A DNA stretch of 63,760 nucleotides, filler included, from Aduncisulcus paluster (GCA_024181965.1; 24 parts of 24 records of this genome joined end to end with filler, not necessarily neighbours in it), one strand, 5' to 3'; counted from the whole stretch's first letter, positions 49,403-62,264 are shown. Numbers and translations: made by a program. Notes: generated by a model not told the origin, from the letters alone.

Positions 49403-50714
49403 ACAACAACTTCATAGAGCCACAACAAATCATCCAACTTCATGCCACTCACATCAAGCTCTGTCAAACACGATCCGAAAATGGATGCAACATCAGAGAG
49501 TGAGAGAGTTGGGGTGTCGTCACTTCCACCAATACCAACAATGCCTCCAATGCTAATGGAAGTGAGTGTGTCAGACAAAGATGATATCTGACTCAAATCT
49601 GTTACAGCTGTATCAGAGATGTTGAGAGCTGTCAGATGGTTAAACTCACTCAAGGAGTCAAGAACAGAGATGTCACTCAACAAAGTGTTTCCACTCAGAT
49701 CAATGCATGCAATGTTCGTGAGATATTCGAGTCCACTTAGATCGGTGATGTTACAATTCGACAGATCAAGACATGACATTTCTCCATCCTCTTCACCCGA
49801 CACAATCCCTGCAAGATCACTCTCAGTCAGATCGTCACATGTGGAGGCATGCCCATCAACAAGTGAACACAGAGCAGAGAGAAGGTTGGCATCAGGGATT
49901 GTGACATATTGACACGCATCACCATGGAAGCCAAATACAACAGAGCAATCACAAGTATGTGTTGAATCGTCACATGTTCCATACTCAGAGCCTCCACATT
50001 CCTCAGTGCCTTGGAATGGGCATTCATCCTGACACTCATCGCCATACCACCCTTCAACACATCCACTCACGATAGAAACGGTTCCATTGGATCCATCATT
50101 GTATATAGCCACACACTGAGTGTTGGGATTGGACTCGATGCCAGACAGACATGTTAAGGAAGAAATGTCAACATCAGATCCAAAGTTCACACATGCTAAT
50201 GATTCGTCAGAGTCAGAATTGGAGTAATCACGATAGCTGAAGATGGCACAATCTGCACGAAACTCGCCACTCCACACCTCTTTGCACACAATATTGGAAG
50301 AAGGTGATACAGATGGCAGGATTGAATTGGAACAATACCCACAATACTCCGGATCTTGGTCTCTTGGAGCAGATGTCGAATTGCCTGTCGTGATTGTGAT
50401 GGATTCAGAAAGAGCAAAGAATGGCTTAAATATTGCATCTGTCACACTACAGAGCTTGTTCTGAGATACATCCAAGGAAGATAAATTTCTCAACTGAAAC
50501 AACAGAGAAAGATCTGTAATAGAGTTATTCGATAGATCTAATGTTTCCAGCGAGGAAAGCGATGAAATGTGGAACAAATCGAAATCTGATATCCCAGTGT
50601 TGGACATACTAAGAGAGATCAACGATGATGGCAATGAAGCAAGACTTGGGTTATTCGTCAAAATGATCCCGTTCACACTCAACTCAGTGAGATTCAAACC
50701 ATTGTTTGCTTCGC
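49185..50714 (-). CDS. Leucine-rich repeat plus EGF/Cys-rich surface protein, internal fragment
   Basis: LETLDLSNNSITDLSLL-type LRRs, an IPDANL..ALC cap, EGF-like GWYGDEC..CGG..GTC..CDC..GFHGDAC, and (GAT)13 poly-Asp at 49363-49401. Confidence 0.9.
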
Positions 50715-50814
50715 NNNNNNNNNNNNNNNNNNNNNNNNNNNNNNNNNNNNNNNNNNNNTTAATTAATTAANNNNNNNNNNNNNNNNNNNNNNNNNNNNNN
50801 NNNNNNNNNNNNNN

Positions 50815-52657
50815 ACATTTTTCGATACAATATTTCACAGCGTATGCTTCTTTTTCATTTGTTGTCCATCTTGATTCACGTTCCGAAAGTACCTTGCTAA
50901 TGAAAGTGATTGGCTCAATTCTGCCCTCTGAATCCTCTTGTAAGAGAACACCTCCTATGGCATTGTCACTTGCATCCGTTTGCATGATTATGTTCTTGTC
51001 ATAATCAATGAAAGCTAGGAGAGTCCGTTCCCTGATATCATTTTTGATTTCCTCAAATCTCTTTTGAACAATGTCGTCCCAATTAAACATGACACTTTTT
51101 CTTGTGAGTGCCTGAATGGGTGCTGCCTTCTTGGCATAATTGGGGATGAAGCTTCGAAAGAAGTTAAAAAGTCCCAATACACTCCTCACCTGCGACTTGT
51201 CCTGAGGAGGTTGCAAGTTATCGAGATCATCCACTCTCGATTCAGCTGGAGATATACCCTCTTGAGAGACGTTTCTTCCCAGGAACTCGATTGATCTGAA
51301 ACCAAACTCACACTTACAAGCTTTTGCACGCAGATCTAATTCCTCGAATCTGGTTAAAACCCGCTCCAGATTTAAACAGAATTCCTCAATCGTTCGACCA
51401 TAGATGATAATGTCATCGACAAATATGTTGCACACAGTAGGGATCAGATCAGAAAACGCATTCATCATTGCTTGTTGAAAGTGAGCTGACGAGTTCCTTG
51501 TTCCGAAGGGCATTCTCGTATATTTAAATACCCCATATTTCGTTGTAAATGCCAGATACTTTTGGGATTCCTTCTCTACAGGTACTTGGTGAAATCCTGA
51601 TCTGGCATCTATTTTCCCAAAGATGGCTTGTCCTTTCAACGAATCAAGTAGTTCAGGTACAATTGGTAGCGGGTACTGGAGAGGAACTGTGTTTCGATTT
51701 AATGGAATGTAGTTTACACACATCCTAGTTCCACCACCAGGTTTTGGGACAAAAACAGGGGAACACATATAAGGAGAACTTTCTTTGACGATCAACCCTG
51801 ATTCCAAACCTGAACTAATGTTGTCACGAAGAATCTTATCATAGGCGGGTGGAAAACGTCTCGGTTTGACACTCCAGACTGCTTTCGAATTGGTTAACTC
51901 CACACGGAACGGAGACAACTTTGATCCTTCCTTGGGCATATCTTCACTAAAGACAATTTCATGACGACTGACAACCTCACTGATTCTTGACCTAAACTCT
52001 TCGTTAATCATAATCTCAGAAATGTCACTTGGGGTATGAGCCAATTCCTCAGGGTACAGATCACTGAGTTCTTCATCTTCCACATCAGCAGTCTGTTGAC
52101 CTCCAAAACTGAGGAGACCATGATTCTTGGCCCAGACACCTGATATAATTATCGGATCGGATCCGACGACTGGTGATATCAAAAACAAGATTGGAGCAGA
52201 GCACTGCTTTCCAGTGGGGGATTTGAATCTTATCACGACTTCAATAGAACTATCAACTCTGACCTTCGAATCAGCCCCATGAATTATTGTGTGATCACAA
52301 GACACACATTTCTCATGTGGAAATAACTTCTTGACCATGTTTGGATGAATAAGGTTTCCATCACTTCCTGTATCCACCAACGCCCGCACAGGTGATTTCA
52401 TTTTAGAGTTTTGAAATGTAACATCCACACAGAATTCCTCAGAGACTTCACCATGTGACAATTTTCTGTTTCTCAACTCCGGATGAAGTTTATAGCAGGT
52501 AGTCAGACCGTGTCCACGCAGACCACAGTGAGGGCACTTGTCATTAGATGGCTTTTCTCTCTTCGATGTTGACTTCTCGGTGGACTGGAATCTCTTTTCC
52601 TGAGAGTCATCACGCAATCTCCATCCATCAGCCAACAAACGGGTGGCTGTATCAATG
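50815..52657 (-). mobile_element. Ty3/Gypsy LTR retrotransposon gag-pol fragment (zinc knuckle, protease, RT, RNase H in one frame)
   Basis: CPHCGLRGHGLTTC; ALVDTGS; RMCVNY..LN, KIDARSGFHQ, MPFG, FVDD, FLG; TDASD..GGVL..EKEAYAV. Confidence 0.95.
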
Positions 52658-52757
52658 NNNNNNNNNNNNNNNNNNNNNNNNNNNNNNNNNNNNNNNNNNN
52701 NTTAATTAATTAANNNNNNNNNNNNNNNNNNNNNNNNNNNNNNNNNNNNNNNNNNNN

Positions 52758-54149
52758 AAGAACACATGCTTGTGCTTCAGGGAATTGCTGGAATCCTTTG
52801 TTCATTTTTTCAGGAATCAAACATTTGGAATATTCAACGACACGATTGTAGAGACCAAAATACTCACTGTCCATCAACACATTATTGGATGTATCATTTC
52901 TACGCAACATAAGCAAGGCAAGAGAGGGAGATACACCATCGGGATGATGTTGTAAATGATTGAGACAAACACATGATGCAATGTCAAATATGGCTTGTGC
53001 ATAATCACTTGGCTGGAATCCACTGGTTTTTGAGATCATGAAAGATTTCAGTGATATCTTGGAAGATGACGATGACGCAGATGACGCAGATGACGCAGAT
53101 GACGCAGATGACGCGGATAAGGAAGATTCTGAATTCATATAGCGAGAAGTGATGGCATCTTTGAGAGTGGAAACATATCGTTTGCAGACAGTAACCATAT
53201 TCTTCAGCAAATATGAAAGGATGGGCACACAATATCCTTTGGTGTAATCTTCAGATTCGCGAACAATCATCTTCCATTTCCTTTGTTTCTCAATGAGAGA
53301 CTCACGTGAGATGGCACCGACCGAAAGTGAAAGTAAGCAATCCAACCAAAGAGAATGCTCTTTGTATTTCTCACTCTCATTCAATATATCAACGCATTGT
53401 TTGTTCACATAGTTGAACGAATTAAACAATGGTTTTCCAGGTTTTCCATCCCTAGTGTTTGGTTTGAATTTCTTGATAGGATCTGTGAAATGTTTTGTGA
53501 TATACTCATGGACTTCATCTTCAGTCGAGTTTCCTTCAAGAATGGTCTCCAATTTTGCAAGCGAGACAATCTTCTTCCTCAAGATGGCCTTGGTGTTCTT
53601 GGATTCCTTATCGTCAGTTGTAGACGACTTCATGGAAATAGATGCATCTGAGGATCCGTCGCATAGAATAGAGAAGATTCTCTTGCACTCATTGCTTGTG
53701 ATGACAGGAACAGTCAATCCCCATTCACATCCAACTTTGCACAGAGAGCTCACTCCATAAGTGCACCAGAGATTCATGTTTTTGACACTCAGATCATCGG
53801 AGAATATAGGACTCTGAAGAGCTGGCGCAGCTTGTTTGAGAATGATGGTCTTGGCAAGTCCGAGCAAAAAGATTCCATATTCATACGTATCACTATCATC
53901 ATGACAGTAATCGATGAAATATTGGTTCAACTCGTTTTGGAGTTCACTTGAGAAGATGCCTCCTTCAGTGAAACTGGACAGAATCAAATACACATAACTA
54001 TCACTTGACTTATCCACGCTCTCGCCTTCGACATGTGAAAATGAGTTACACATGCTGAGTAAAGAAGTAAGATGATCGAACATATTGCTCTGTTCACTGT
54101 TTTGAGTGAAACACATCGTGGAGATCTTGGAAAGTGTCAACCACAGTTT
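52758..54149 (-). CDS. Hypothetical eukaryotic protein, internal fragment, with a 9-bp repeat (53071-53115) encoding (ASS)n
   Basis: Frame open for about 460 codons; GATGACGCA x4 plus a variant on the + strand. Confidence 0.7.
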
Positions 54150-54424
54150 NNNNNNNNNNNNNNNNNNNNNNNNNNNNNNNNNNNNNNNNNNNNTTAATTA
54201 ATTAANNNNNNNNNNNNNNNNNNNNNNNNNNNNNNNNNNNNNNNNNNNNGCTGCTCATGCTCTTCCCATACCGTTCTCCGAGATTATGAGCCTCTTTATT
54301 ACGTCGCCTACACCTATGTGTCCAACTATCTTCCAAACTCTGCTAAGAGAAAAGTAAAGCGTGATTTTATGTTGTTCAAATAAATTTTTACACTTATTTA
54401 ATTATCTATATTTTATATTATATT

Positions 54425-54890
54425 TCACATCTGGGATTCCTCATTAGATCCAGCTTCGCCAAATACTTGGAGAAACAGTAACCATATCCTTTCGCCAATG
54501 CTGCGCCAAGGCGAGCAAGTCTCCAGAATGAGGTTTGGAAGGGATTTTTCAGAAACCGTGCTATCTTCGCTGGAAGTGTCTCCGGAAAATGAATCCACTT
54601 CACTTGTTGCAGTCACGTCTCTTCTGCGAAATTCTTTCAACAGGTCTGATAATCCTTGACCAATGGCTCCATGGGTTGAGATAGCAACCGGAATTACTCC
54701 GAAGTATTGTATAGCTACGCTCCTCCTCATAGAGTCAATTGATTCAAGGGTCACCGAGTCTGCCTGGTCGTCGTTCTGCCCTTCACTTATTTGTTGGGCT
54801 TGTGGTTCACTTTCTCCCTGCTGAACAACAACACAACAGGTCTTTATTTGGTCTCAGACAGAGATTGAGAGGCAGTATAGTTAAATCTGC
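54425..54890 (-). pseudogene. Second, frameshifted REL-endonuclease-like remnant directly downstream of the first
   Basis: ADLTIL, VIPVAISTHGAIG and LARLGAALAKG occur in REL order but in different frames. Confidence 0.45.
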
Positions 54891-54897
54891 CCACTAT

Positions 54898-55549
54898 CTA
54901 TACCAAACCACGCCTACGAGATACACACGAACGGCGAGTAAAAGGAAATAGGAGACGGTGGTTGTAGATAGTTTCTGAAGTGGCATGGCCACTGCAGCGG
55001 AGCTCATAAGATTGACGATTCAAAGCATTGCCAAAAGCAAGGGAGCGAGCAAGCACTACCTTGAGTTCCTCTATGCAGCGAGATGGATGATGACGTTGAA
55101 CCAAGGCAAGAAATTCTTGGAAAGATTCACCAATAACACCTGTTGAAGAAAAGATCATGGGATAAAAGTCGAACGAGTAGCGAGGGTTAATCTCACTACC
55201 AGGAGGAGGATGAGGCGTATAGTTACTACGCTTCACTGCCTCCTTCTGCGTAAGACACGCATGAATAGTATCACGACCGAGCTCAACAATGGCAGTCACA
55301 GAGTTACCAATTGCAACGATCTTCCGTGTGAAATCCAGAATAATGTCTGTCGATATAACCTCAGTGATTTGAGCATCAAACACAAGATTCCGAGACCAGT
55401 CACTTGTGCCAAATACATGAGCAACAATGTCTGCTTTCTGGGTTCGAGTGTTTAGATGCCGGAGGAAGCGACTGTCTTCTCGAGTAATGGGAAGACCCAA
55501 GACTTCCTCTAACCAGACAGCAGATAGCGAACTTATGTTATCATGTCTG
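54898..55549 (-). mobile_element. Non-LTR retrotransposon (RLE type) C-terminal restriction-like endonuclease domain
   Basis: From the contig edge: RHDN..RE..KADIV..LVFD..KEAVKRSNY..FYPMIFSSTG..LARSLAFGNA. Confidence 0.8.
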
Positions 55550-55649
55550 NNNNNNNNNNNNNNNNNNNNNNNNNNNNNNNNNNNNNNNNNNNNTTAATTA
55601 ATTAANNNNNNNNNNNNNNNNNNNNNNNNNNNNNNNNNNNNNNNNNNNN

Positions 55650-56785
55650 GAGCCAAGAAACATTTCTGAACGAAAGGGAGGATCTTTGTCAGTTGAATGG
55701 CTTGTTAGTGAACGAAGATGGGATGATCGTCATACCAGACGAAGATGAAGACCTGCAGAACGAGCTCACAAGGAAACTGCATAAACATGTCTTGGGTGGT
55801 CACCTTGGAATAACTGGAACTGCTGCTAAGCTGAAGGATGCACGTCTATATTGGAATGGACAGAGAAAAACTATTGAGTGCGTGGTACGGTCCTGCTTGA
55901 CGTGCCAGAAGAACAAACACCTTCCACCACCGAAGGTGATGGGGACGATCATGAGGCAACGGCCATTCGAAGAGGTATCGATTGATACTTTTGGACCTGT
56001 AGTGAAAGAAGATGAGGCTGATGTGAGATATTTAGTCGTAATCGTTGATAATTTCTCGCGGTTCACCGAACTGGTCCCCACCATAAGCACCACAGGGGAA
56101 GAAGCAGCGGATGCCCTCATTGCAGCAGTAGTGTCACGCCATGGAGTTCCAGAATGCATACGATCAGACTCTGGCAGACAGTATGACAATGGTTTGCTGA
56201 AGAGGTTGTGTGAAAGGTTAAAGATCGTTCAGTCTTTTACACACCCCCACCATCACGAATCTAATGGGATTGTTGAGCGGAAGAATCAAGACATCGGCAA
56301 GCATTTAAGGAAAATGTACTCTGAAGGGTTGAGAAAACAGGAGTGGGTCGATGCTGTTCCATTGATCATGTCCTTGCTAAATGATACTCCATGTTCAACA
56401 ACTGGAATGTCACCAAGAGAACTACTATATGGAACGGACAGTGGGAAGTTTAGTTTGTTGAAAAGGTTAACAAAAGAGGATAGTGAAAATCCTTCGACGG
56501 ATGATGAATTGAAAACGATTTACAAGAACTATCTCTCACTTCTGGATCACAGACTCAAACAAAAACGGAGCACGGCTTCAAGGAAACAGGAGCTGTTTCA
56601 ATCAAAACAAAAGGAGAAGTACGATGAAGACGATGCTTTTATAGAGGGTGAAAAGGTGCTTCTTAAAAGAATTGAGAGGAAGAGGAAAGGTCAATCAATC
56701 AACCTTGGACCATATGTCATCGTTGAGAGAAAGAGCAAGTTCTACTATTTAATAAGGGGATTAAATGGTGGAGCCCCTCAAAAAG
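55650..56785 (+). mobile_element. LTR retrotransposon integrase fragment (H2C2 plus DDE core), Ty3/Gypsy-like
   Basis: LHKH..GHLG..CLTCQK; PFEEVSIDTFGP; IVDNFSRF; IRSDSG; SNGIVER; GPY. Confidence 0.93.
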
Positions 56786-56885
56786 NNNNNNNNNNNNNNN
56801 NNNNNNNNNNNNNNNNNNNNNNNNNNNNNTTAATTAATTAANNNNNNNNNNNNNNNNNNNNNNNNNNNNNNNNNNNNNNNNNNNN

Positions 56886-57917
56886 CTCTGCAACACACTG
56901 CAATGAACTGCTTTCCAAATTAATACCTGATCTGGCTGCTTTTTCTTTCGTAGTCAATCCAGCGAAGTGTTTCGCTATTTCCTCTGAGGAAATCGTAATT
57001 GATGATATGCAGATTAGACAAGCAACATCAGATGAGACTTCGTATCTTGGGGTCGGTATAATCCCTAGGTCACCTCTCTCAGCATCATCTTTATCTCACT
57101 ACAAAAAAGCGCTATATGACACACGGCGTATATTAGCCCTACCACTTCTCCCCACACATTTACTAACTGCTATAAACACATATATTGTCCCAAAATTTAC
57201 ATATCTGGGAACAATCGGCTTTATTACCCAAGAGCAATCAGACAAGATCGATACTGAGATGAAGAAAAAGATATGTAAAGTTTTACATCGACCTTTCGAA
57301 TCTTTCCCTCGCTCATACCTACACACTGCTCGTGAAGATGGCGGTGCCGGTGTTGCATCAGTACAGCAAACCATAGATATCTCAAGAGCTGGAGCACTCC
57401 TTGAGGCGCTATCAGATATGTTCCTCAAAGACTCCTTCTTGAATGACTTTATCTCCCTAACAGCCCATGAATGGAATGAAGACGTTCTATCCTTCACCTA
57501 CACTTCTGGCGGTGACATATGTCGTACATCCTCACCACAACATATCAGACTCTTAAACTTAAATTGGCTGGCACCCCTATTATCAGTGAAACGGCTTGGC
57601 TTATCTTTGAAGTTACACAGTGATGTATTCTCCCTGGTTAAAACCGGTAGCACCTTCTCTGTCTCAACCAGATCCACACACCTTCTCAGAAGGAGAATCA
57701 ATGCCATAAACCATGCTGAATGGACATCATTGGCCTGTGGAAGATGTGCTCCATACCTGAAAAAACATCCCACTTCATCAATCACTTTCAATAGAGCCAC
57801 CCAACTTACTCCCTCTCTCATCCTCATGCGTTCACACCTTACCAACGTAAGAGGAAATAAGCACCATGGAGACAGATCATGTCCCTTTTGCGATACACCT
57901 ATTGAATCACAGAACCA
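56886..57917 (+). mobile_element. Non-LTR retrotransposon RT C-terminal/thumb region and start of the zinc knuckle
   Basis: VNPAKC, SYLGV, INTYIVPKFTY, GGAGV, CPFC..ES.NH at the contig end. Confidence 0.85.
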
Positions 57918-58069
57918 NNNNNNNNNNNNNNNNNNNNNNNNNNNNNNNNNNNNNNNNNNNNTTAATTAATTAANNNNNNNNNNNNNNNNNNNNNNNNNNN
58001 NNNNNNNNNNNNNNNNNGAATATAATCCCCTGATGCTTCATGGAACATGACATTTCCCCGCAGTCAAAT

Positions 58070-58123
58070 CCAACTCCAACTCCAATTCCAACTTCAACTC
58101 CAACCCCAACTCCGACTCCAACG
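58070..58123. repeat. Hexamer minisatellite (CCAACT)9, imperfect
   Basis: Directly visible; reads as a PT or SN repeat. Confidence 0.85.
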
Positions 58124-58228
58124 CTCCAATGCCAGATCCTGATCATCCGATACATTTAATACTGAGATTTGTGCTAGTTCACCCCAGATTGACAATGTGA
58201 CAATCATGGAAAGTGATATCGTAGGTTT

Positions 58229-58425
58229 TTTGAATTTGCAGTTGGAATGGGTATGGTTATCAGTGTTTGGGATGAAGCCTTTCTTACATTAAGTGTTGGT
58301 GAAAGAGCCACGATTGTAATCAAATCGATCCTGATTATGGTTATGGTGCCCGTGGAGCTGGCGATTCTATTCCACCTGATTCCACTCTCATATTTGATGT
58401 TGAATTATTAAGAATCAAGAAATAA
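58229..58425 (+). pseudogene. FKBP-type peptidyl-prolyl isomerase remnant (C-terminal half, frameshifted)
   Basis: [31 protein letters not shown], a frameshift near 58320, then [33 protein letters not shown]. The N-terminal half is not recognisable. Confidence 0.85.
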
Positions 58426-59049
58426 CGCTTGAAAAGAACAAACGAATTGATTTTATTGGTTTTTAGACATTTTCTCTTGCTCAGAAATCAAAGTTCTCAA
58501 ACCCCGTTTGAGAATCTCTTTCCGGGACAATACATTGAATGCATTGCATTCGACTTCCATTTCCAACTCATAGGCCCTATGACATACGGATTTTGTCCAA
58601 CAATCTAGAATAAAGACCCCGGAAATAAAAACAGGTACTTTTTTTTTGATTCTTCAAAACTCATATAATGTCCCTAAAAAAGACGAGATCAACAAATATA
58701 TTAACGTAAATAAATAAATTCTATCTGCTTCTATTCTTCGTATGTGAAAAGTGTTGAATTCTACTAGAATAATGACTATGTGTTTATTTATAGGACGTAA
58801 CAGGTTCTCGCTAAATTTTTAAACACTAGGATTTTACGATAAATTGTTTCAGTAAAATTGGGTTTAATTTGCGAGATTTTTATTCTATTCACCGCCATCA
58901 TGGCGAATTTGTTGGGATTGATTTGATTTGATTTAATAAATTTGTCGACCCGTGGATAATTTTTATAAAGTTTTATTCACGATTAACAATAATTATTGTT
59001 AACATTAATATTTTTGTGAATCTTATTCGTTTTATTTTCTAAAATAGTG

Positions 59050-59303
59050 ATGATTCCCAGAACTCCTATTCCCAGCGCGAACCCACCTGGTGGCCAACCT
59101 CAGATGACGATCTGGGGCTCTGCCCTTTCAACAGAAGCAGATTTAGCTGCTCTCATTAAGAAAAATGAACAACAAATAACCACTCTCGCATCATCAGTCG
59201 AAAAGCTTATGAAGATGATGGAGACAATGGTGCAACAGAACGATTCTTTGAGACAAGAACAGATTAGAATTAGAGAAGATATAATATCTTCGTCAGAAGA
59301 ATC
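59050..59303 (+). CDS. Hypothetical coiled-coil protein, partial
   Basis: Open frame to the contig end with heptad-like LIKKNEQQITTLASSVEKL. Confidence 0.45.
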
Positions 59304-59403
59304 NNNNNNNNNNNNNNNNNNNNNNNNNNNNNNNNNNNNNNNNNNNNTTAATTAATTAANNNNNNNNNNNNNNNNNNNNNNNNNNNNNNNNNNNNNNNNN
59401 NNN

Positions 59404-61191
59404 CTAAACAAAGTAATGGATCGGTATTATTAACAGTTGGAAATACTGTATTAATGGCAACAGTGGTATCAGAATTTGACAATCCAGTAAGTGAAGACTT
59501 TACTCCATTAACAGTACAGTATATTGAAAAAACATATGCTGCCGCTAAATTTGCAGGTGGATTTATCAAAAGAGAAGGAAAACCAAGTGATTTTGAAACG
59601 CTAACTTCTCGTGTAATTGATAGAAGTTTAAGACCATTATTTCCTAAAGGTTATGTTTTCCCTACTACAATTACAGTTATGGTTCTGAGTGTTGATTTAG
59701 ATGCTGACCTACAAGTTTTAGCATTAAATGCAGCTAGTGCTGCTTTATATACATCAAATTTACCTGTTAAGAAATCTGTTTGTGCAACAAGAATTGGAAA
59801 AATTGAGGGTGAATTAGTAGTAAATCCATCTTTAAGTGAGATGGAAAACTCGACACTTGATTTATTTATTGCGGGTACTTCAAAAGAGTTATTAATGATT
59901 GAAATGAAAGCAGTTTCAACATCAGAAATGGTAGAAGTTGATATTGAAAATTTTACAAAAATCCATAATATTAATGATATAAGTGAAGTTGAATTAGTTG
60001 AAGCTATCTCTGTTGCTTCAGATAATATTTCAAATATAAATAATACATATGAAAAAAGTTTTGAGTTTGCAAAACAAGAGATTGAAGATGTAGAACTTAT
60101 GGAAACAAAAATAGAAAATTCTTTAATTGAATATGTTGAAAATAATTATTCTTCAAATATAAAAGATGCTATTAAAGTAATGGCAAAAAAAGAGAGATAT
60201 AGTGGTTTAAATGATATTGCAAAGCTAATATCAGAAGATGAACATTGTATTGCACAAGAGATTGAACTTAAAAACATTAGAGAAGCTGTAGAAATTGTTA
60301 AGAAAAAGATTGTTCGAACTATGATTATAGAAGAAAAACTAAGAGCTGATGGACGAGGTCCTAAAGATGTTCGACCAATTACTATAGAAACAAATATTTT
60401 ACCAGCAGCTCATAGTAGTTGTTTATTTACAAGAGGGGAAACACAAGCTTTAGTTGTTGCAACTTTAGGGAATAATAAAGATGCACAAATGTATGAAACA
60501 TTAACTTCAAAAGGAAATGAAAATGAATCATTTATGGTGCACTATAATTTTCCAGGTTTTAGTGTTGGAGAGGCAAAGCCAATATTTGGTGTAAGCAGAA
60601 GAGAATTAGGTCATGGAAATCTTGCTAAAAGAGCATTAGAATCATCAATAGATAAAGATTATTCAGATACAGTAAGGTTAGTTTCTGAAATATTTGAATC
60701 AAATGGAAGCTCTTCTATGGCAACAGTTTGTGGTGGTTCAATGGCTTTAAAAGCTGCAGGTGTTCCAACAAAATCATTAATTGCAGGTGTTGCAATGGGT
60801 GGTATTTTTGAGGATGATAAATATGTTGTTCTTACTGATATTATGGGATTAGAAGATCATGATGGTGATATGGACTTTAAAGTTACAGGTACACTAGAGG
60901 GTATCACCGCTTTACAGATGGATATTAAATTAGGTGGTATTGCATTAGATGTTTTAAAAGAAGCATTAGAACAAGCAAAAGAGGGACGAGTACATATTCT
61001 TAAATTAATGGAAGAAGCTTCTTCTGAAATTGTACCAAGTGAAGCCCTTCCTTTAATAGAACAATTTAGTATTGATCCAAGTAAAGTATTAGCTGTAATT
61101 GGTAAAGCAGGATCAGTTATTCGTGAAATTATCGAAAAATGGGAAGTTTCAATTGATTTGGACAAAACAAGCGGTAATGTCAAAATAACAG
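59404..61191 (+). CDS. pnp: Polyribonucleotide nucleotidyltransferase (PNPase), internal fragment (Campylobacterota-like)
   Basis: [67 protein letters not shown] and KH IGKAG. Confidence 0.98.
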
Positions 61192-61291
61192 NNNNNNNNN
61201 NNNNNNNNNNNNNNNNNNNNNNNNNNNNNNNNNNNTTAATTAATTAANNNNNNNNNNNNNNNNNNNNNNNNNNNNNNNNNNNNNNNNNNNN

Positions 61292-62040
61292 GAGGCGTGC
61301 CATGAGAAGGAGAGAAGGGTGTATTGGAGGGCACTCCTGAGGAGGACACCTGTGGTTGAGACCGTGATTTGGAGATCATTGGCTTTGTTGGAGAGATAGG
61401 GGGATGGGTCGAAATATGCTGTGAAAATGAGTGAGAAGAAGATGAGGACGCTAAAGAAGAGTGATGTGTGGAGCTTCCCATTGATGATGAGTGGAATGAT
61501 GAGGCAGTGGATGGAACATGGCTCGAACGCAACGAAGGTGAATTGATCGAGGGAGATGGGGCAGCGCCGCGCCTGGGAGAAGAGGGAGAGTGTAGCATCG
61601 ATGATTGTGGCAATAACATGGAAGGGTCATATACTTTCTTCAATTTCGTAACAATGTTGAAAGATTCGTTTGGAACAACCTCCAAAATGGTGATATAGTC
61701 TCCTGCTCGGATTTGCTTATTCTCAATCATTTGTTTGACGAGAGGGCCCGTTTGAAGATATAGCACATGGTCTTTCTCACATATCCGGATGATGTACGCT
61801 TCTGGAGGACTCCTGACGGGAATAATGAAACGGGAAATGAAATAATATACACAAAAACAGAAAAATATATTCCAAATTAAAATGAATGACACGCAGAAAA
61901 CGAAAATGAAAGGCGAGAGAAACATACAGCAAATTCCCAGAGCTTGACATTGGAGTAAAACCCAAAACCTTCAGCGCATGTGGCTGTTTAGTTGCTCGAG
62001 AGCAATGAGGCGATGATAATAATTGAACAACACTGCTCAT
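61292..62040 (-). CDS. RPA1: Probable RPA1 (RPA70) N-terminal OB fold plus Ser/Pro-rich linker, 3' partial; exons 62040-61928 and 61812-<61292
   Basis: Spliced sequence ALKVLGF..YIIRICE..LVKQMIENKQIRAGDYITIL..IVTKL follows the Rep-A_N pattern. Intron GTATGT..TCAG at 61927-61813. Confidence 0.5.
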
Positions 62041-62264
62041 CTGACAAAAACGAAATTGGTTGGCACGAATACGGCGATTATATTAAGATCGTCCAATAAA
62101 CAGTATCACCATTCCAGGTTATAAGGGAATAATATGCCCATTATAATTTTATCAGCTGTCTTGTACATGATCATGAAAAAGTTGAGAGAAAGTTAATTGA
62201 GACAATTCCAGGCAGGAAAAAAACGGACGAGTGAAATACGTTTCATTCTTATTCATGGATAAAT

